Shown piece by piece: positions 25,678 to 39,094 of a stretch of DNA of 64,000 nucleotides. The notes under the pieces were generated by a model. The model did not search any database, had not been told where the DNA came from, and saw nothing but the letters and a program-made list of their open reading frames with translations. Position 1 is the first letter of the stretch. The number at the start of each line of letters is the position of its first letter. Source of the DNA: Utricularia gibba (lineage: Eukaryota; Plantae; Magnoliophyta). A program made the translations under genes and the position numbers. The DNA is taken from NCBI GenBank assembly GCA_002189035.1, contig NEEC01000011.1, positions 992,001 to 1,056,000 on the forward strand, written 5' to 3'.

Positions 25678-28600
25678 TGTTGTGACCAGTCTAATCTATA
25701 GAGATTAGCAAACCACGAACAGAAGGTGATTTTGAAGCTTAAAAAGGAACCCATCCTAGTCTACCTTCAAAAGAGAAAGGACTAGAAGTGATAATCGTAG
25801 GACGCCACAAGCTCAAAGCTCGATAAATCAAGAGTGTTCAAGCAGTCAAAGAAAAGGAGAATCCTCACAATATACATGAAAGTGAACTGAAGGTCCTCAA
25901 AGACTACAACTCTAAAGTATTTATACACTAGAATTGGGCTCCAACATTACAAAGCGCAAACTAAATAACAAGGAAAGATCTAACAAGTCCAAGAACAAAC
26001 ATGAAGGATGGGGAGATGTTTTGGTCTCTAAGGTAGATGTAGACTCCAATAGTTAAACTACTTTAATGGAAATACTTCAGGCCCATTGTTGATTCTAATA
26101 GTGATGAGTAGAGCCTTGATATAGGTTTCAAGCATCTTACTCTTACTTATTGTAATTGGTCCAGGTGGAATGATCTTTTTCTCTAATGTATGCAGTTGGT
26201 CAAACTCTTCATCATTCTTTAAATACAATTCATTATCTTCATGGGGCTCATCATCTCCCCCTTCTTTAGGAAGATTCGTCCTTGAATCTGTATCCATTTC
26301 GAAAGGAGACAAATCAGCAACATTCAAAGTTGAATGAACAGAATACTCACATGGTAAATCTAGCTTGTATGCATTGTCATTTACGTGCTCAACAACTTGG
26401 AAAGGGCCTGAAGTAGTGAGATCAACAACTCCACGAGGCAGAAGTTTGGACTTCCTTTTGGTGGGGAATCACTGCTTCCTGAGATGAAGCCAAATTTGCG
26501 TCTCCCCGTATTGCTGCTGATGCATACTTTGCATTGTTGTATTCAATCTGTTGTTTCACCTTCTCATGCTATCTTATGATCGTTTCAGCTCTCTTCTTGT
26601 CATCTAAACTAAGTTTCTCATCATAAGGCAAAGGTAACACATCCAAAGGTGTAATAGGATAAAAGCTACATAAACCACTTCAAATGGAAATAATTTAGTA
26701 GTGAGATCCATGGTTCTATTGTAAGCAAACTCAACAAGCAGCAAACATTCCTTCCATGTCTTAAGCTATGATTTAATCATAATCCTAATTAAGGTAGAAA
26801 GTGTGCGATTAGTTACATCAATTTACCCATCGGTTTAAGGGTGACGTGTGTTGAGTATAACAGCTAAGTGCCAAGTTTACTCCAAAAAACTCTCCAAAAG
26901 TGACTGACAAATCTTGCATGTCGACCAGAGACAATAGTGAGGGGCATACCATGAAGTTTAACAACTTACCTAAAGAAGAAAGCAGCCACATGAGATGCAT
27001 CATCAGTTTTATGGCAAGGAATAAAGTGTGCTATCTTTGAAAACCCGTCCACAACAACAAAAATTGAATCTCTACCCCTTTGGGTATGAGATAAGTCTAA
27101 AACAAAAGAAATGTTGGGTGAGAGTATCAACAGTCTTCCTAACACCAAAATGTCCCATTAGTCCACCACCATAAGCTTATCTGACAATCAAGTCACGTAT
27201 CGAGTAAGAAGGAATGCACAGTCTATCTTTCCTATGAAGAAAATAATCTTTCATGAGAATAGTCCAGATGGAGGAATTTCACATGTCTTATAAATGTCTC
27301 TAAAATCGTGATCATGTGCATGTAAGTCAATAATGCTAGCAAATCCAAAAATTCTTGCATCAAGATTGGCTAAAAGAGTATAGCTTCTAGATAAAGCATC
27401 AGCTAGCACATTCTCCTTACCTTTCTTGTATTTGATAACATATGGGAATGTGTTAATGAATTCCAGCCACTTAGCATGTCTTCTATTCAGTTTTCGTTGA
27501 CCCTTCAAATGTTTGAGAGACTAATGATCAATGTGTATCACGAACTCCTTTGGCCACAAGTAGTGCTGCCATCTCTCCAAAGCCCTAATCAATGCATACA
27601 ACTCGTTGTTATACGTTGGATACTTAAGGGTGGCACCATGGAGCTTCTCAGTAAAATAAGGAATTGGACGTCCAGTTGCATGAACACAGCACCAATGCCT
27701 AAACCTGATGCATCACATTCATTTTCAAAAGTATCATAAAAAATTGGAAGTACAAGGACAGGTATTGAGCAAAGCTTATTCTTGTGTTTTTTGAAGTCAT
27801 ATTCCTGCTCGTCTCCCCCATGAAATGGATGATTTTTCTTGATCAATTGAGTAAGGGGTGCTGCTATAGAGCTGAAATCCTTAACAAACTGTCTATAGAA
27901 ACTTGCTAACCCAAGAAAACTCCTAACCTCACCAACTGATGTAGGTGTTGGTCAATCCCTAATTACTCTAACTTTCTTTTCATCCATAGCTACTCCTGCG
28001 TTACTTATAACATATGCAAGAAAAGAGATACTATTTGTGCAAAACACACACTTCTTGATGTTAGAAAACAACTTCTCTTTTGTAAGAGTATTTACCACAT
28101 CTTTCAAATGCCTTACATGTTCCTCAATACCGTTACTATAGATCAGAATATCATCAAAATAAACAACTACAAATCTACCTATAAAAGGCCTAAGAACGTG
28201 ATTCATCAATCTCATAAAGGTGCTAGGACCATTAGTTAATCCAAAAGGCATAACAACCCAAATATACAAACCAAACTTAGTTTTATAAGCAGTTCTCCAT
28301 TCATCACCTTCCTTTATTCTAATATGATAATATTCACTTCTCAAATCAATCTTACTAAAAACACAATAACCATCGAATTTATCAAGCATATCTTCAAGTC
28401 TAAGAATACGATGTCTATACTTGATTGTCATGTTGTTGATGGTGCGACAATTAGTGCACATCCACCAAGTTCCATCAGACGTTGGCTCATGCTCTCACGC
28501 ACAAATACTTTAGACATCAGTTCCTCAACTTACTTTTGTATTTCCTTCATCTCCTCTGGATTGACTCGGTAGTTCGGTCGGTTTGGGAGTTTTGCTCCAG

Positions 28601-29315
28601 GCACAAGGTCAATTTGATGCTAAATCGCTCTAAGGTGAGGTAAGCCTTGAAGTTCTTCTGGAAATACATCTTCATAAACTTGTAAGAGACACACAACACA
28701 AGACGGAATGGATGAAGCATGGTTAGGGGAAGTAGGAACTTCATCCTTATACATGAATACAAGGACTGGTTGCCTAACATGAAGTGAGTGTCTAATCTCA
28801 CTTGGCTATGCTAAGGGACTCTCATTATTTATCTCAATTTCTAAAACTCTCATATTTCCACTTTTTTCCCACTCAATTCCTTCCCATCTCTTCTTTTCTC
28901 TCCAGTTTTTTAAATCTTCTTTTCACTCATTTTCACTCCACTCATATCTTCTCCCTTAGGCACGACCTCCTGGTGTTAATTTTGGGATTGTGACTTACTT
29001 TTGCTGTGCCTCCTTTGAAGATAATGCTATTGAAGGAATACTTGCTATTGAAACTATCATCAAATGCTCTTCTATCATATTCCCAAGGCCTCCCAAGAAG
29101 AATATAACAGGCATACATAGGGACAACATCATATAGGACTTCATCTTCATATTTTGCTATGAAAAACGCCACAAGCACTTGTTTGGAAACCTTTACCTCA
29201 CTTCATTCATTAAATCACGGCAAATTTTAAGGCTTAGGATGTCTCAAGGTTGGTACTCTCAATTTCTCCACCATGATATTGCTGGCAACATTCGTACAAC
29301 TACCTCCATCAATCC
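25678..29315 (-). mobile_element. CRM-1b copy C: PR, RT, RH, INT (internally deleted), PPT, 3' LTR 25678-26253
   Basis: PPT AAGAAGGGGGAGA 26254-26266 then TGATGAG; ORFs 27952-28461 (RT), 27251-27508, 26966-27148, 28942-29178. Confidence 0.88.
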
Positions 29316-29319
29316 CTAA

Positions 29320-30470
29320 TAGGTGAAAGATTTGAATGCCTCTTACTTGGAAATCTTTTTTTTCGAAATGTACCCAAACCCAATCTCCTGATTGTTTATT
29401 GGATTTAGCTGCATACTACTTGTTTTTTGCTTCCAGTTGATTTCGAACCTTCTCATGTAGTGTTCTGATGGCATCTGCTCTCTTAGCACTATCAAAACTA
29501 CTTGTTTTTTGCTTCCAGTGGATTTCGAACCTTCTCATGTAGTGTTCTCATTGTCACGCAGGTACACACTTTTAGCTACTCTTGATGCTCAAATTCTTGG
29601 ATTGTCAACGATAAACGAATTTTACAATCTTGATCATGATTTTAAAGATATTTATCTTTCATGTGAAGATAAACCTCTTGAAAACTTCCATAGGCAAGAT
29701 CATTTTCTTTTCAAAAAGAATAGATTATGTATTTCTCAATGTTCAATTCGTGAGTTTTTAGTGAAAGAAGCTGATGGTGGTGGTCTAATGGGGCAATTTG
29801 GTGTCACCAAGACGTGGGACATGCTTCAACAACACTTCTATTGGCCACACATAAGAAAAGATATTGAAAGAATCTGTGGAAGATGTTCGGTGTGCAAGAA
29901 AGCCAAATCAAAATCAACTTCTCAAGGATTAGGCAATCCTCTTCTTACTTCTCTTTCGTGGTCTGTATGGATAACAAACTCTTTGTGCCAAGGATAATGT
30001 TTCCAAGTTTCAAGTGCTATTATCAATGAGTACAACTCCTTATCATAAGTTGGGTAATTGAGTGTAGCTCCACCCAACTTTTCACTGAAATAGGCAATAG
30101 TTCGACCTCCTTGCATGAGAACAGTACCTATTCCAACTCCAAAAGCATCACATTCAATTTCAAACGTGTTAGAGAAATTAGGTAATGCAAGTAAAGGAGC
30201 TGAACTAAGCTAATCCTTAAGTGTCTTGAAGGCATATTCTTGTGATTCTTCCCACCAAAATTAAACATTTTTTTTCACATCCTCGTTCAAAGGAGCAGCA
30301 ATTGTGCTGAAATTTTTGACAAAACGATGGCAGAAGCACTTCTCCAACTGTGGTAGGGGTTGGCCATTCTTTAATTGATTTCACCTTTTCTTCATCTACT
30401 AAAATTCTTGCATCACTTACAATATAGCCATGAAAAGAGATTTAGTGCAAAACTCGCACTTTTTGATATT
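29320..30470. mobile_element. CRM RH/integrase remnant with inverted central block (29549-29951 on +, flanks on -)
   Basis: Minus: RH ..EFVIHTDHE at 29952-30470 and INT C-terminus at 29320-29548; plus: [25 protein letters not shown]. Confidence 0.78.
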
Positions 30471-30475
30471 AACCA

Positions 30476-30906
30476 ATACAAGCTTTGGGTTGATACTTGG
30501 TAATCCACCAAGTAAAAAACATTGAACGGTATATAAAATACTGAAACGAACACAGGTTTGAGAACCTTACTGCTCTGATACCATGTTGTTGCAAGAAAAA
30601 TAGAGTATTGGGAAGTATTAAAAAGGTAATGCTTATGAGATCACCTTGGATGAAAAACGAATCATTAACAATAAGAATGACCAAAAACCTAATTGACACG
30701 CATTTCTAGCAGGGTTTTTATATACCCAATACCTAGGTTACCCAATAGTAGGCCACAATTATTGAAAACACACAAAAAGCATAACAACTCGAATCCAACA
30801 CTTTTATGCTCGAACTCAACATCTTTTTATCTGAAATATAACATTATAACACAAGATTAGTGATTTCAATCACCTTCAAGCTTTGGATTGAGGCTGATCT
30901 CCAACA
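30476..30906 (-). mobile_element. Ivana-like copia 5' LTR (30584-30906), PBS, UTR; broken before the gag ATG
   Basis: TGTTGGAGATC...GCAACAACA, PBS TGGTATCAGAGC 30572-30583. Confidence 0.9.
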
Positions 30907-30919
30907 GAGGCCAATAGAT

Positions 30920-33208
30920 TATGATGTCTCTTTTGATGAAGGTGCAAAGTACACATTGATTGACAATTGCATTTCTCTGAATGATGCAGAAGCTCATAAA
31001 AGTCTTGAAAGGCATAGCACCCCTGTTAAAGTAGACCTCTGGACACACATGCCTCAAAACTTCTCTTCTAGGAATTCAACAAACCAAGAAACTTCAGAAC
31101 TCGTTCAGGAGGAGAAGGTCACAAATCAAGATGGCTCGTCCAATGAGAATTCAGAATCAAACTAAGAACCCCTATATGGACAATCTCATCAGGCCAATGA
31201 TCAACATTCAGATTGGAATTTCGAAATCCCAGAAGAGGAGCAAGGCACGAATGCAGAAGACTCATCAACAGATGAATATAATGGAGAGGAACCTGATACT
31301 GATGATGAAGATTATTACCCATCTGATCGTGATTGGCAAAGGAGGAAACGCAAAAACATCAGAGATTCAATAGATAATGAAGATAGTCATGTTACTGACA
31401 TTAGAAGAAGCAAAAAAAACAACGATCCTACAATAAGTTTCTCCAAGTTGAATGATGATGTCCAAGATGCTGTAGCTGATATTTTGACTGGATTATTGAC
31501 AGGAGATCCAACATCATTTGAAGTGGCTGTACGAAATCCGAAATGGAGAGAGGCCATGAAGGAAAAAATGAATTCTATACTTGAAAATGAAACATCGGAG
31601 TTAGTTGATAAACCCAAGGATAGGGGTTTCAAACCTATTGGCCTCAAGTTGTTATTGAAGATTTGACACGATTAAAGTACTTCTTGCCATTTCAACTGCT
31701 CATGGATGGAAAGTGCATCACACGGATGTCAAAGCTGCGTTCTTAAATGGTGTGATGGAGGAGATTGTTTTTGTTAAACAACCAAAAGGCTTCGAAGTGT
31801 CAGGTCATGAATACAAGGTATTGAAGCTAAAGAAAGGTCTCTATAGGTTGAAGCAAGCTCCTAGAGCATGGAATGAACGCATGGATAACTTTATTCAGGG
31901 TATTGGTTTCAGAAAAACATATAGTGATTACTCACTATATGTTAAAGGAAAAGAAGATGATTGTTTATTTATTAGCTTATATGTGGATGATCTTATGATT
32001 ACCTCAGGTAATGAAAGGAAGATTGAGGAATTCAAAGCTCTACTCAAAAATGAATTCAAGATGAGTGATCTTGGAATGATTTCCTACTATCTAGGCATGG
32101 AAATTCATCAACTTGAAGGTGTTGGAACATTCATATCTCAGAAAAAGTACTGTAATGAACTTCTTGAAAGGTTTGGGTTCAAAGATGTCAATCCTTCAAA
32201 AACGCCTTTGGATTACAAACAAGTGATTGGAGAGAACAATCAGGGAAAGAATGTGGATGCCACTACTTATAGAAGTATGATTGGAAGCCTCATTTATCTC
32301 CAGCATACAAGGCCTGACTTGTGTTTTTGTTTAAATGTCTTATCTTGCTTCCTCAACAAACCAACAACAACTCACATGGCAGCTGTGAAAAGAGTTTTCA
32401 GGTACATAAATTCTTCTACTGATTTCGGATTGTTCTATCTTTATGAAGGTGAAAAACCAGTCTTGAAACTTAGAGCCTACTCAGATAGTGATTATGGTAT
32501 GGCTGAAGATATCAAGAGTACATCTGGTGCACTCTTCTTCTTAAATAAGAGCCCTGTAGTCTGGTTTTCGAAGAAACAAAAAGTGGTAGCACAATAAACA
32601 GCTGAAGCAGAATACATCTCAGCAGCACATGCTTTGAACTATTGTGTTTGGTTGAGGCAGATGCTAAACGAACTTGGATTCATACAACAGGAAGCTACAC
32701 ATCTGCTTATGGATAATCGAGGTGCAATCTCTGATGCTAAGGATCCGACGAACTTCAGTAAAGCCAAAAACATAAGAATCAGGTATCATGTCATAAGGAA
32801 TTACATCAAGGAGAAGAAGATTAAAGTGCAGTATGTTGAGAGTGGGAATCAGCTTGCTGATGGGCTCACTAAAGGTTTGAAAAGAGTTCAGTTTGAGCTA
32901 GCAAGGAAGAACATGAATCTCATGACTATAGAAGACTTTCTCAAGTTGAGAGATCTCGGTTTGGGGGGAGTGTTGGGTTCGAGCATGGAAGTGTTGGATT
33001 CGAGTTGTTGGGCTTTTTGTGTGTTTTCAATGATTGTGACCCACTGTTGGGTAACCTAGGTATTGGGTTTATATAAACGCTACTAGGAATGCGTCTCAAT
33101 TAGGTTTTTGGTCATTCTTATTGTTCATGAATCGTTTTTCATCAAAGTTGATCTCATAAGCATTACCTTTTTGTTACTTCCTAAGACTCTATTTTTCTTG
33201 CAACAACA
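30920..33208 (+). mobile_element. Ivana-like copia 3' half: linker, RT, RNase H, PPT, shortened 3' LTR 32971-33208
   Basis: ORFs 31713-32597 and 32634-33059; PPT GGGGGGAG 32963-32970. Confidence 0.92.
31713..32960 (+). pseudogene. pol: Copia RT-RNase H
   Basis: SLYVDDLMITSG, YSDSDY, STSGALF, AEAEYISA, MDNRGAI, NQLADGLTKGL; one stop at 32595 and a ~115-bp deletion at ~31660. Confidence 0.9.
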
Positions 33209-33269
33209 GCTCTTACTTTTTGTCATTGGTTCTCGTGGAAGTATCTTATTATCTAATGTGTCACTTGCA

Positions 33270-33550
33270 CAATATACTCATCATTGTTTAAATACTCTTC
33301 ATTGTCTTTATTAGGCTCATCGCCAAACACGCAACCAAATTTTAAGGCTTCATACTGATGAGCCCCAAGAAGATAATATAGAGTATTTAAAAAATGATGA
33401 GAATGTTGCGCATACAAACACATGCGAGAGTAAAATTATTCCACCAAGATCAATTACTAGAAGTCAAGGGTCTACTCAACATTATGGTAATAAATATTGG
33501 GACTGAGGTAATACTATCAAAAGAGTTCAACTAGTGGCGTCTAAATGTAC
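33270..33550. repeat. Two back-to-back CRM-1b LTR 5' fragments (minus ending ~33321, plus starting 33356)
   Basis: GGCTCATC and TGATGAGCCCCAAGAAGATAAT, each followed by LTR-start sequence. Confidence 0.6.
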
Positions 33551-33963
33551 ATTAGAGCCTAAAAGATGTCCCTATATTTTATATGTGTTATTGGACTTCT
33601 TAGTTGTCAAGACATGGCCCAGAGCCCAAGTGGCATGAGACATGACCGCGAAGTCCTATTAAACTATAGGACTCAAGACAAGTTAACCGTTCGAACACGC
33701 AAAAGGGACTACGTCCAGCCTACACAGCTTATTCCTCACAACGTAGTTAAGGTTCCAATAGCTAGTCTTGACCTACCACAACCTCTATTTTCGTTAATCA
33801 CAGACCTTCAGCCATTCACTTCTACACCAGGAAAGAGTTAAAACATAGAGTGGTCATGCTACTGAAGTTGAGTTAAAGATAAACGTGTTAGAAGTGAAGA
33901 AAGATTGTTTGAACATAGGATTTCAAAGTCAAGCACATATCCAACTAGTTAGTCCCATTGGGA

Positions 33964-34162
33964 ACCTACCATGATATTGTCCGCTTTGGGAACCCAACCC
34001 TCACGGTTTTACGTTTTCCCCACATAAAATCTGACTTCCCAGGGGGTCACCCATCCTCACATTACCCCTGGGCAAGCAGGCTTAACTCTACCCCGTCCGT
34101 GATCGATGTGGGATTCGCCTAAGGCCCTTCTCCTTGACCCTTCCGCAAGGCGGGAGGTCACA
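33964..34162 (-). mobile_element. Second Cassandra LTR, internally deleted
   Basis: Collinear with 21856-22139 but lacks ~90 bp after GCTTAACTCT; 5S box A and box C retained. Confidence 0.85.
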
Positions 34163-34869
34163 GCCCAATCCCCTTTACACTTCAGCTGATGCATCACCTC
34201 CAAATCTTAGGAAATGGGTCATGTCTTGCCTAAGTTCTTTAGTAGTGTTCAGAAGAGCCACTAACCGAACACCACTTCTAAACTTAGACCATAGCATGCA
34301 TATAATATTTTCCTGGTACCACTTGACTTGGTTATTCCATAGGGACGTCTCAGATATGTCTGACATATTTATCCATGAATCCTATGGTTAAAACCATGTT
34401 GCTAGGAGTGTGGGTCCACACTTGTCTCCATTTCCTAACATATGTTCACATAGCACTTAGACAAAAAAATTGAGCACTTTATTTACTTCGAAAGGGGGTC
34501 ACTTTTTTGGAAACCGACCAACAAGGGCACCTTACCCTTGGAAGAAAACAATTTTGGCTTTTAAAGAAGAATCTTAGGGACTCTAAATATATTTGAGACA
34601 CCAAGACCATAAGGGCGTGCCCTGCTGCACCTTTCACACAATGAAGAACAGAGAGAAAAACATGTTAATTAAAAAAGGGAAGAAAACTTTCCAAAACAGA
34701 ACAATAACACCTAGGCAATTAAAACATGCTTCCAAAATAAAAAGTAGCACTCATTCCACTTACCATACTCCCGACAAAAGTAATCACTTTCTTATAGTTA
34801 ATTCCACGAATTTCCTTCCCCTTTAGCTCTATCACCCCTTTCTCATCACAAAGCAAAGGCAACATATCT

Positions 34870-37800
34870 ATTATAAGAGGATTAAAGTCATAAAAACCAC
34901 TTCAAATGTAGATAATTTAGTAGTGAGATGCATGGCACTATTGTAAGCGAACTCAACAAGTAGCAAACATTCCTCCCATGTCTTAAGGTTTGATTTATTC
35001 ATAATATTGCATCTCGATCAGAGATGATAGTGAGGGGCAAACCATGAAGTCTTACGACTTCCCTAAAGAAGAGATCAGCCGCATGAGATGCATCATCAGT
35101 TTTATTACAAAGAATGAAGTGGGCCATCTTTGAAACCTGTCCACAACAATAAAAATTCAATCTATATCCCTTTTGGTACGAGATAAGCCAAAAGCAAAGT
35201 CCATAGAAATATCCACCCATGGTTAAGAAGGAGTAGAGAGTGGAGTATACAAACCATTTAAGACAGTGGTTGATTTTGCCTTTCTACAACAAACATATAT
35301 ATAACAAATTCTTTCAACATCCTTTCCATTAGTCCCATTAGTCCCGATGTTAGGTCAAATCACGCACGGAATAAGAAGGAATGCAAACCATATCTTTCCT
35401 ATAAAGAAAACCATTTTTTCTAAAGAATAGTCCAGATGGAGTAAGTTCAAATGTCTTATCAACGTCCCCAAAATCGTGATCATGAGCGTATAAGTCAATG
35501 ATGGAAGCAAATCCAAGAATTCTTGCATCAAGTATGGCTAAAAGAGTGTAACTTCGACATCAAGCATCAGCTACCACATTCTCCTTACCTTTCTTGTATT
35601 TGATCACATATGCGAATTTCTTAACGAATTCCATCCACTTTTATTCAGCTATCCTTGAATCTTCAATTGTTTGAGAGACTCATGATCAGTGTGTATCACT
35701 AACTCCTTATGCCACAAGTAGTGGTGCTAGGTCTCCAAAACTCTAACAAATGCATATAACTCTTTGACATATGTTGGATAGTTGAGAGTAGCATCATGAA
35801 GCTTCTCACTAAATTAAGCAAATGGACGTATACAGCACAGCACCAATGCATACACCTGATATATCGCATTCAATTTCAAAAGTATCAGAAAAATTTGGAA
35901 ATGATAGGAGAGGTGTTGATCAAAGCTTATTCATGAGTTGTTAAAAGTCATGCTCCTGCTCCTCTCCTCAATGAAATGGATGATGCTTCTTGATCAATTT
36001 AGTGAGAGATGCTGCTATTGAGCTGAAATCCTTAAGAAACAGTCAATAGAAACTCGCTAAACCATTGAAACTCCTAACTTCATTAACTGATATAGGTGTT
36101 TGCCATTCCCTAATTGCTCTTACTTTCTCTTCACCCACATCTACTCCTGCATCACTTACAAGATATCCAACAAAAGAGACACTATTCATACAAAAGATAC
36201 ATTTGTTGATGTTACCGAACAACTTCTTTTTTCTAAGAAATTCCAACACATTCCACAAATTCCCTAAATGTTCCTCAAGACTCTTGCAATAGATCAGAAT
36301 ATAATCAAAATAAACAACTGCGAATCTACCTATAAAAGACCTAAGAATGTGATTCATCAATCTCATAAAGGTGTTAGGCACATTAGTCAAACCAAAAGGC
36401 ATAACAACCCATTCATACAAACCAAACTTAATTTTAAAAACGGTTTTCCACTCTTCACTTTCCTTAATTCTAGTATGATGATATCCACTTCTTAAGTCAA
36501 CCTTTGTACAAATACAAGCACTATGCAATTCCATCACTGGATATCTTCAAGTCTAGGGATAGGATGTATACACTTGATTGTGATGTTGTTGATGGCGCCA
36601 CAATAAGTGCATATCCGTCAAGTTCCATCAAACTTAAGACTAAATAACACCGGCACAGCGCAAGGGCTCATGTTCTCCAGGACAAATCCTCTAAACATCA
36701 ATTCTTGAACTTGCTTTAGTATTCCCTTCATCTCCTCTGGATTGGTTCGGTATGCTGGTCGGTTTGGGAGTTGTGCTCTAGACACAAGGTTAATTTGGTT
36801 CTCAATCCCTCCAATGGGAGTTAATCCTCGAAGTTCTTCTAGATATACAACTTCATATACCTGTAAGAGAGACACAACACAAGATAGAATGGGTAGAGGA
36901 TTGTTAGTTAAAGTAGGAACTTCATTATTATATATATGTAGAAGTAATGATTGCCTTGTATGAAGTGAGTGTTTAATCTCAACTGGGATTGTTAACAGAT
37001 TCTCATTCTTTCTCTCAATTTCTAACCCTCTAGTGTTTTTACTTTCTATTTTTCACTTATTGTCACCCCTTTTCTCACTCAATTCCTTTCCATCTCTACT
37101 TTTTTCTCCACTTTTTTGAATCCTTTTATCACTCATTTTTACTCCACTTTTTTTTTGCTCTTCTCCACTCATCTCTTCTCCACTTTTTTGAATCCTCCTT
37201 GTGCTTTTCATTTGCACTATGCAGGGATTAAGCATTCCTAAGGATTCTGAGTTGATTTTTATGTGCCTCCTTTGGAGATAATGGAGAAAGTGTAATAATG
37301 GAATGCTCTTCTATCATATTTCGAAGGTCTCCCAAGATGAATGTGACGTGCATGCATAGGTACAACCTCACATAGGACTTCATCTTCATATTTCCCTATG
37401 GAAAATGCTACAAGCACTTGTTTGGTAACCTGTATCTCACTTCTTTCATTGATTCACTGCGAATTGTAAGGCTTATGATCTCTCCCAATTTCTCCACCAA
37501 GATGTTGCTGGCAACATTAGTGCAACTACCTCCATCAATAACTAGGTTGCAAACTTTCCCATTAACAAAGCACCGGGTTTGAAACAAGTTTTCTATTTGC
37601 TCATCATTATCCTTCACTTCAATGTTAATTATCTTTTGAGTTACTAACACTTCTCCAGAAACAGTCAATTCATCTTCATCACTCAATTCAGCTTCTGTCT
37701 CAACGAGATCATCATCATCTTCACTAACTACTTCTCCATTGCCTCTCATCACCATTGCTTGTTTATTTGGACAGTCAGAAGTTATATATCCATGCCCGAA

Positions 37801-38743
37801 GCACTTGAAACATTTTATGTTCCTTTTATGAAATATATGTTAGAATACACAATTCCACATCGGAAAATGATCCGAGCACTACCTACAATCACAAAAAAAA
37901 AAAAAAAAATGAGCAAGTTATTACCGGATCACAGACTAGTTCGACTTGAGGGCGGGTGTTAGAATACACAATCCCACATCGAAAAATAAAAGTGAAATAG
38001 TCAAGTATATAAGAAATTGTGGATCACTAATAATTGGTTGGGCCTAATCTTTTCTATTGTGATCCACGTTTCTTGTGTACTTGGTATTCACGTGTGCACT
38101 CGCCAGACCCATCGTATCCTGAATTTCAACAACATCTTAATCTTGATCTTTTCCAATTCTTGCCCCTCCTCTTCTACCTCCTTAATCTCGAAATATTCTT
38201 GTATCCCCATGTACAAAATCATATTCTTGCAACCTTTTGTAGAAAGTTTTCGCGTCCATCAAGCCTGAAATTTATATTTTCCTGATGTGATGCAATCTTG
38301 CGAATTCTTGTTGCATAGCTCTCAAAGTGAGCTTGTCATCCGGTGAGTCATCATTTTCATGCTCACTTCTTGTATTTGAACTTCTATAAAGAAGACAAAA
38401 GAAACAAGCAGCAAAACAAAAGAGAATAAAGCGAATGAATAAAAAAACACACAAAAGGTTTACCACTCAATCCTGAAGCTTCAAGTCCTTAATGCACTCA
38501 GTAACATCATAATGCTTGATCTCATGGATCCTCAATAATTAATCAATTCCAGATCGGTATTGATTATGGTGTTATAATGGGGTTTTTTGAGGGTAGCAGT
38601 GTTAATTGTCTCAAGATAGAGACAAATGGAAGTTGTTGAATTAAATTGGTCCTGATGGAATAATATTTATCTCTAATGTGTTCACTTACATATCATAGTC
38701 ATCATTCTTTAAATACTCTTCACTACGTTCCTAGGGCTCATCA
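34870..38743 (-). mobile_element. CRM copy D (older, many deletions): LTR start, UTR, gag N-terminus, knuckle, PR, RT, RH, INT
   Basis: ORFs 36043-36537, 36618-36875, 37408-37755, 38272-38466; TGATGAGCCC at 38743; gag core replaced by a TRIM. Confidence 0.85.
37838..38131 (+). mobile_element. Small TRIM: truncated LTR, PBS-like site, short poly-A internal domain, PPT, ~175-bp LTR
   Basis: TGTTAGAATACACAAT(T/C)CCACATCG at 37838 and 37957; TGATCCGAGC at 37868; PPT TGAGGGCGGG 37947-37956; ends TTTCAACA. Confidence 0.75.
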
Positions 38744-39094
38744 AATGTCAAAACAGGTACATGAGTCAGCATGTCATCTAGCCTGTGGTCAACATGTGGC
38801 CTTTCTGGCTAGTAGCATTTGCAGCAGTATTATTGATTGCTCTTAAAAATTCCCATGCTGTTATGGACCTTATCCCTTACTGAGTTTATACATAACTATG
38901 AACATTAGGGAGGTATTATGCTAAATTCTAGCGGTTGAAATTGCAGACCATAACAGGTTTCTTAAGTTCTTTTGTTTCACTAGTGCTCATAGTACTTTTA
39001 TAAGATTGATAAATCACGTTGGAAGGTCTTTTGTGCGTAGATTCGTTGTTGTTTATTATAATAATATTTTGGTCTATAATTGTTGATGCAAGAG

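Noticed and set aside
13292-29548. Short spaced direct repeats as a CRISPR-like array
   Set aside because: Only two copies each (22, 17, 18, 52 bp), inside TE sequence, no regular repeat-spacer series, eukaryotic context
33560-34860. Chromodomain or RT in ORFs 33566-33841 and 34175-34366
   Set aside because: No convincing conserved residues in any frame
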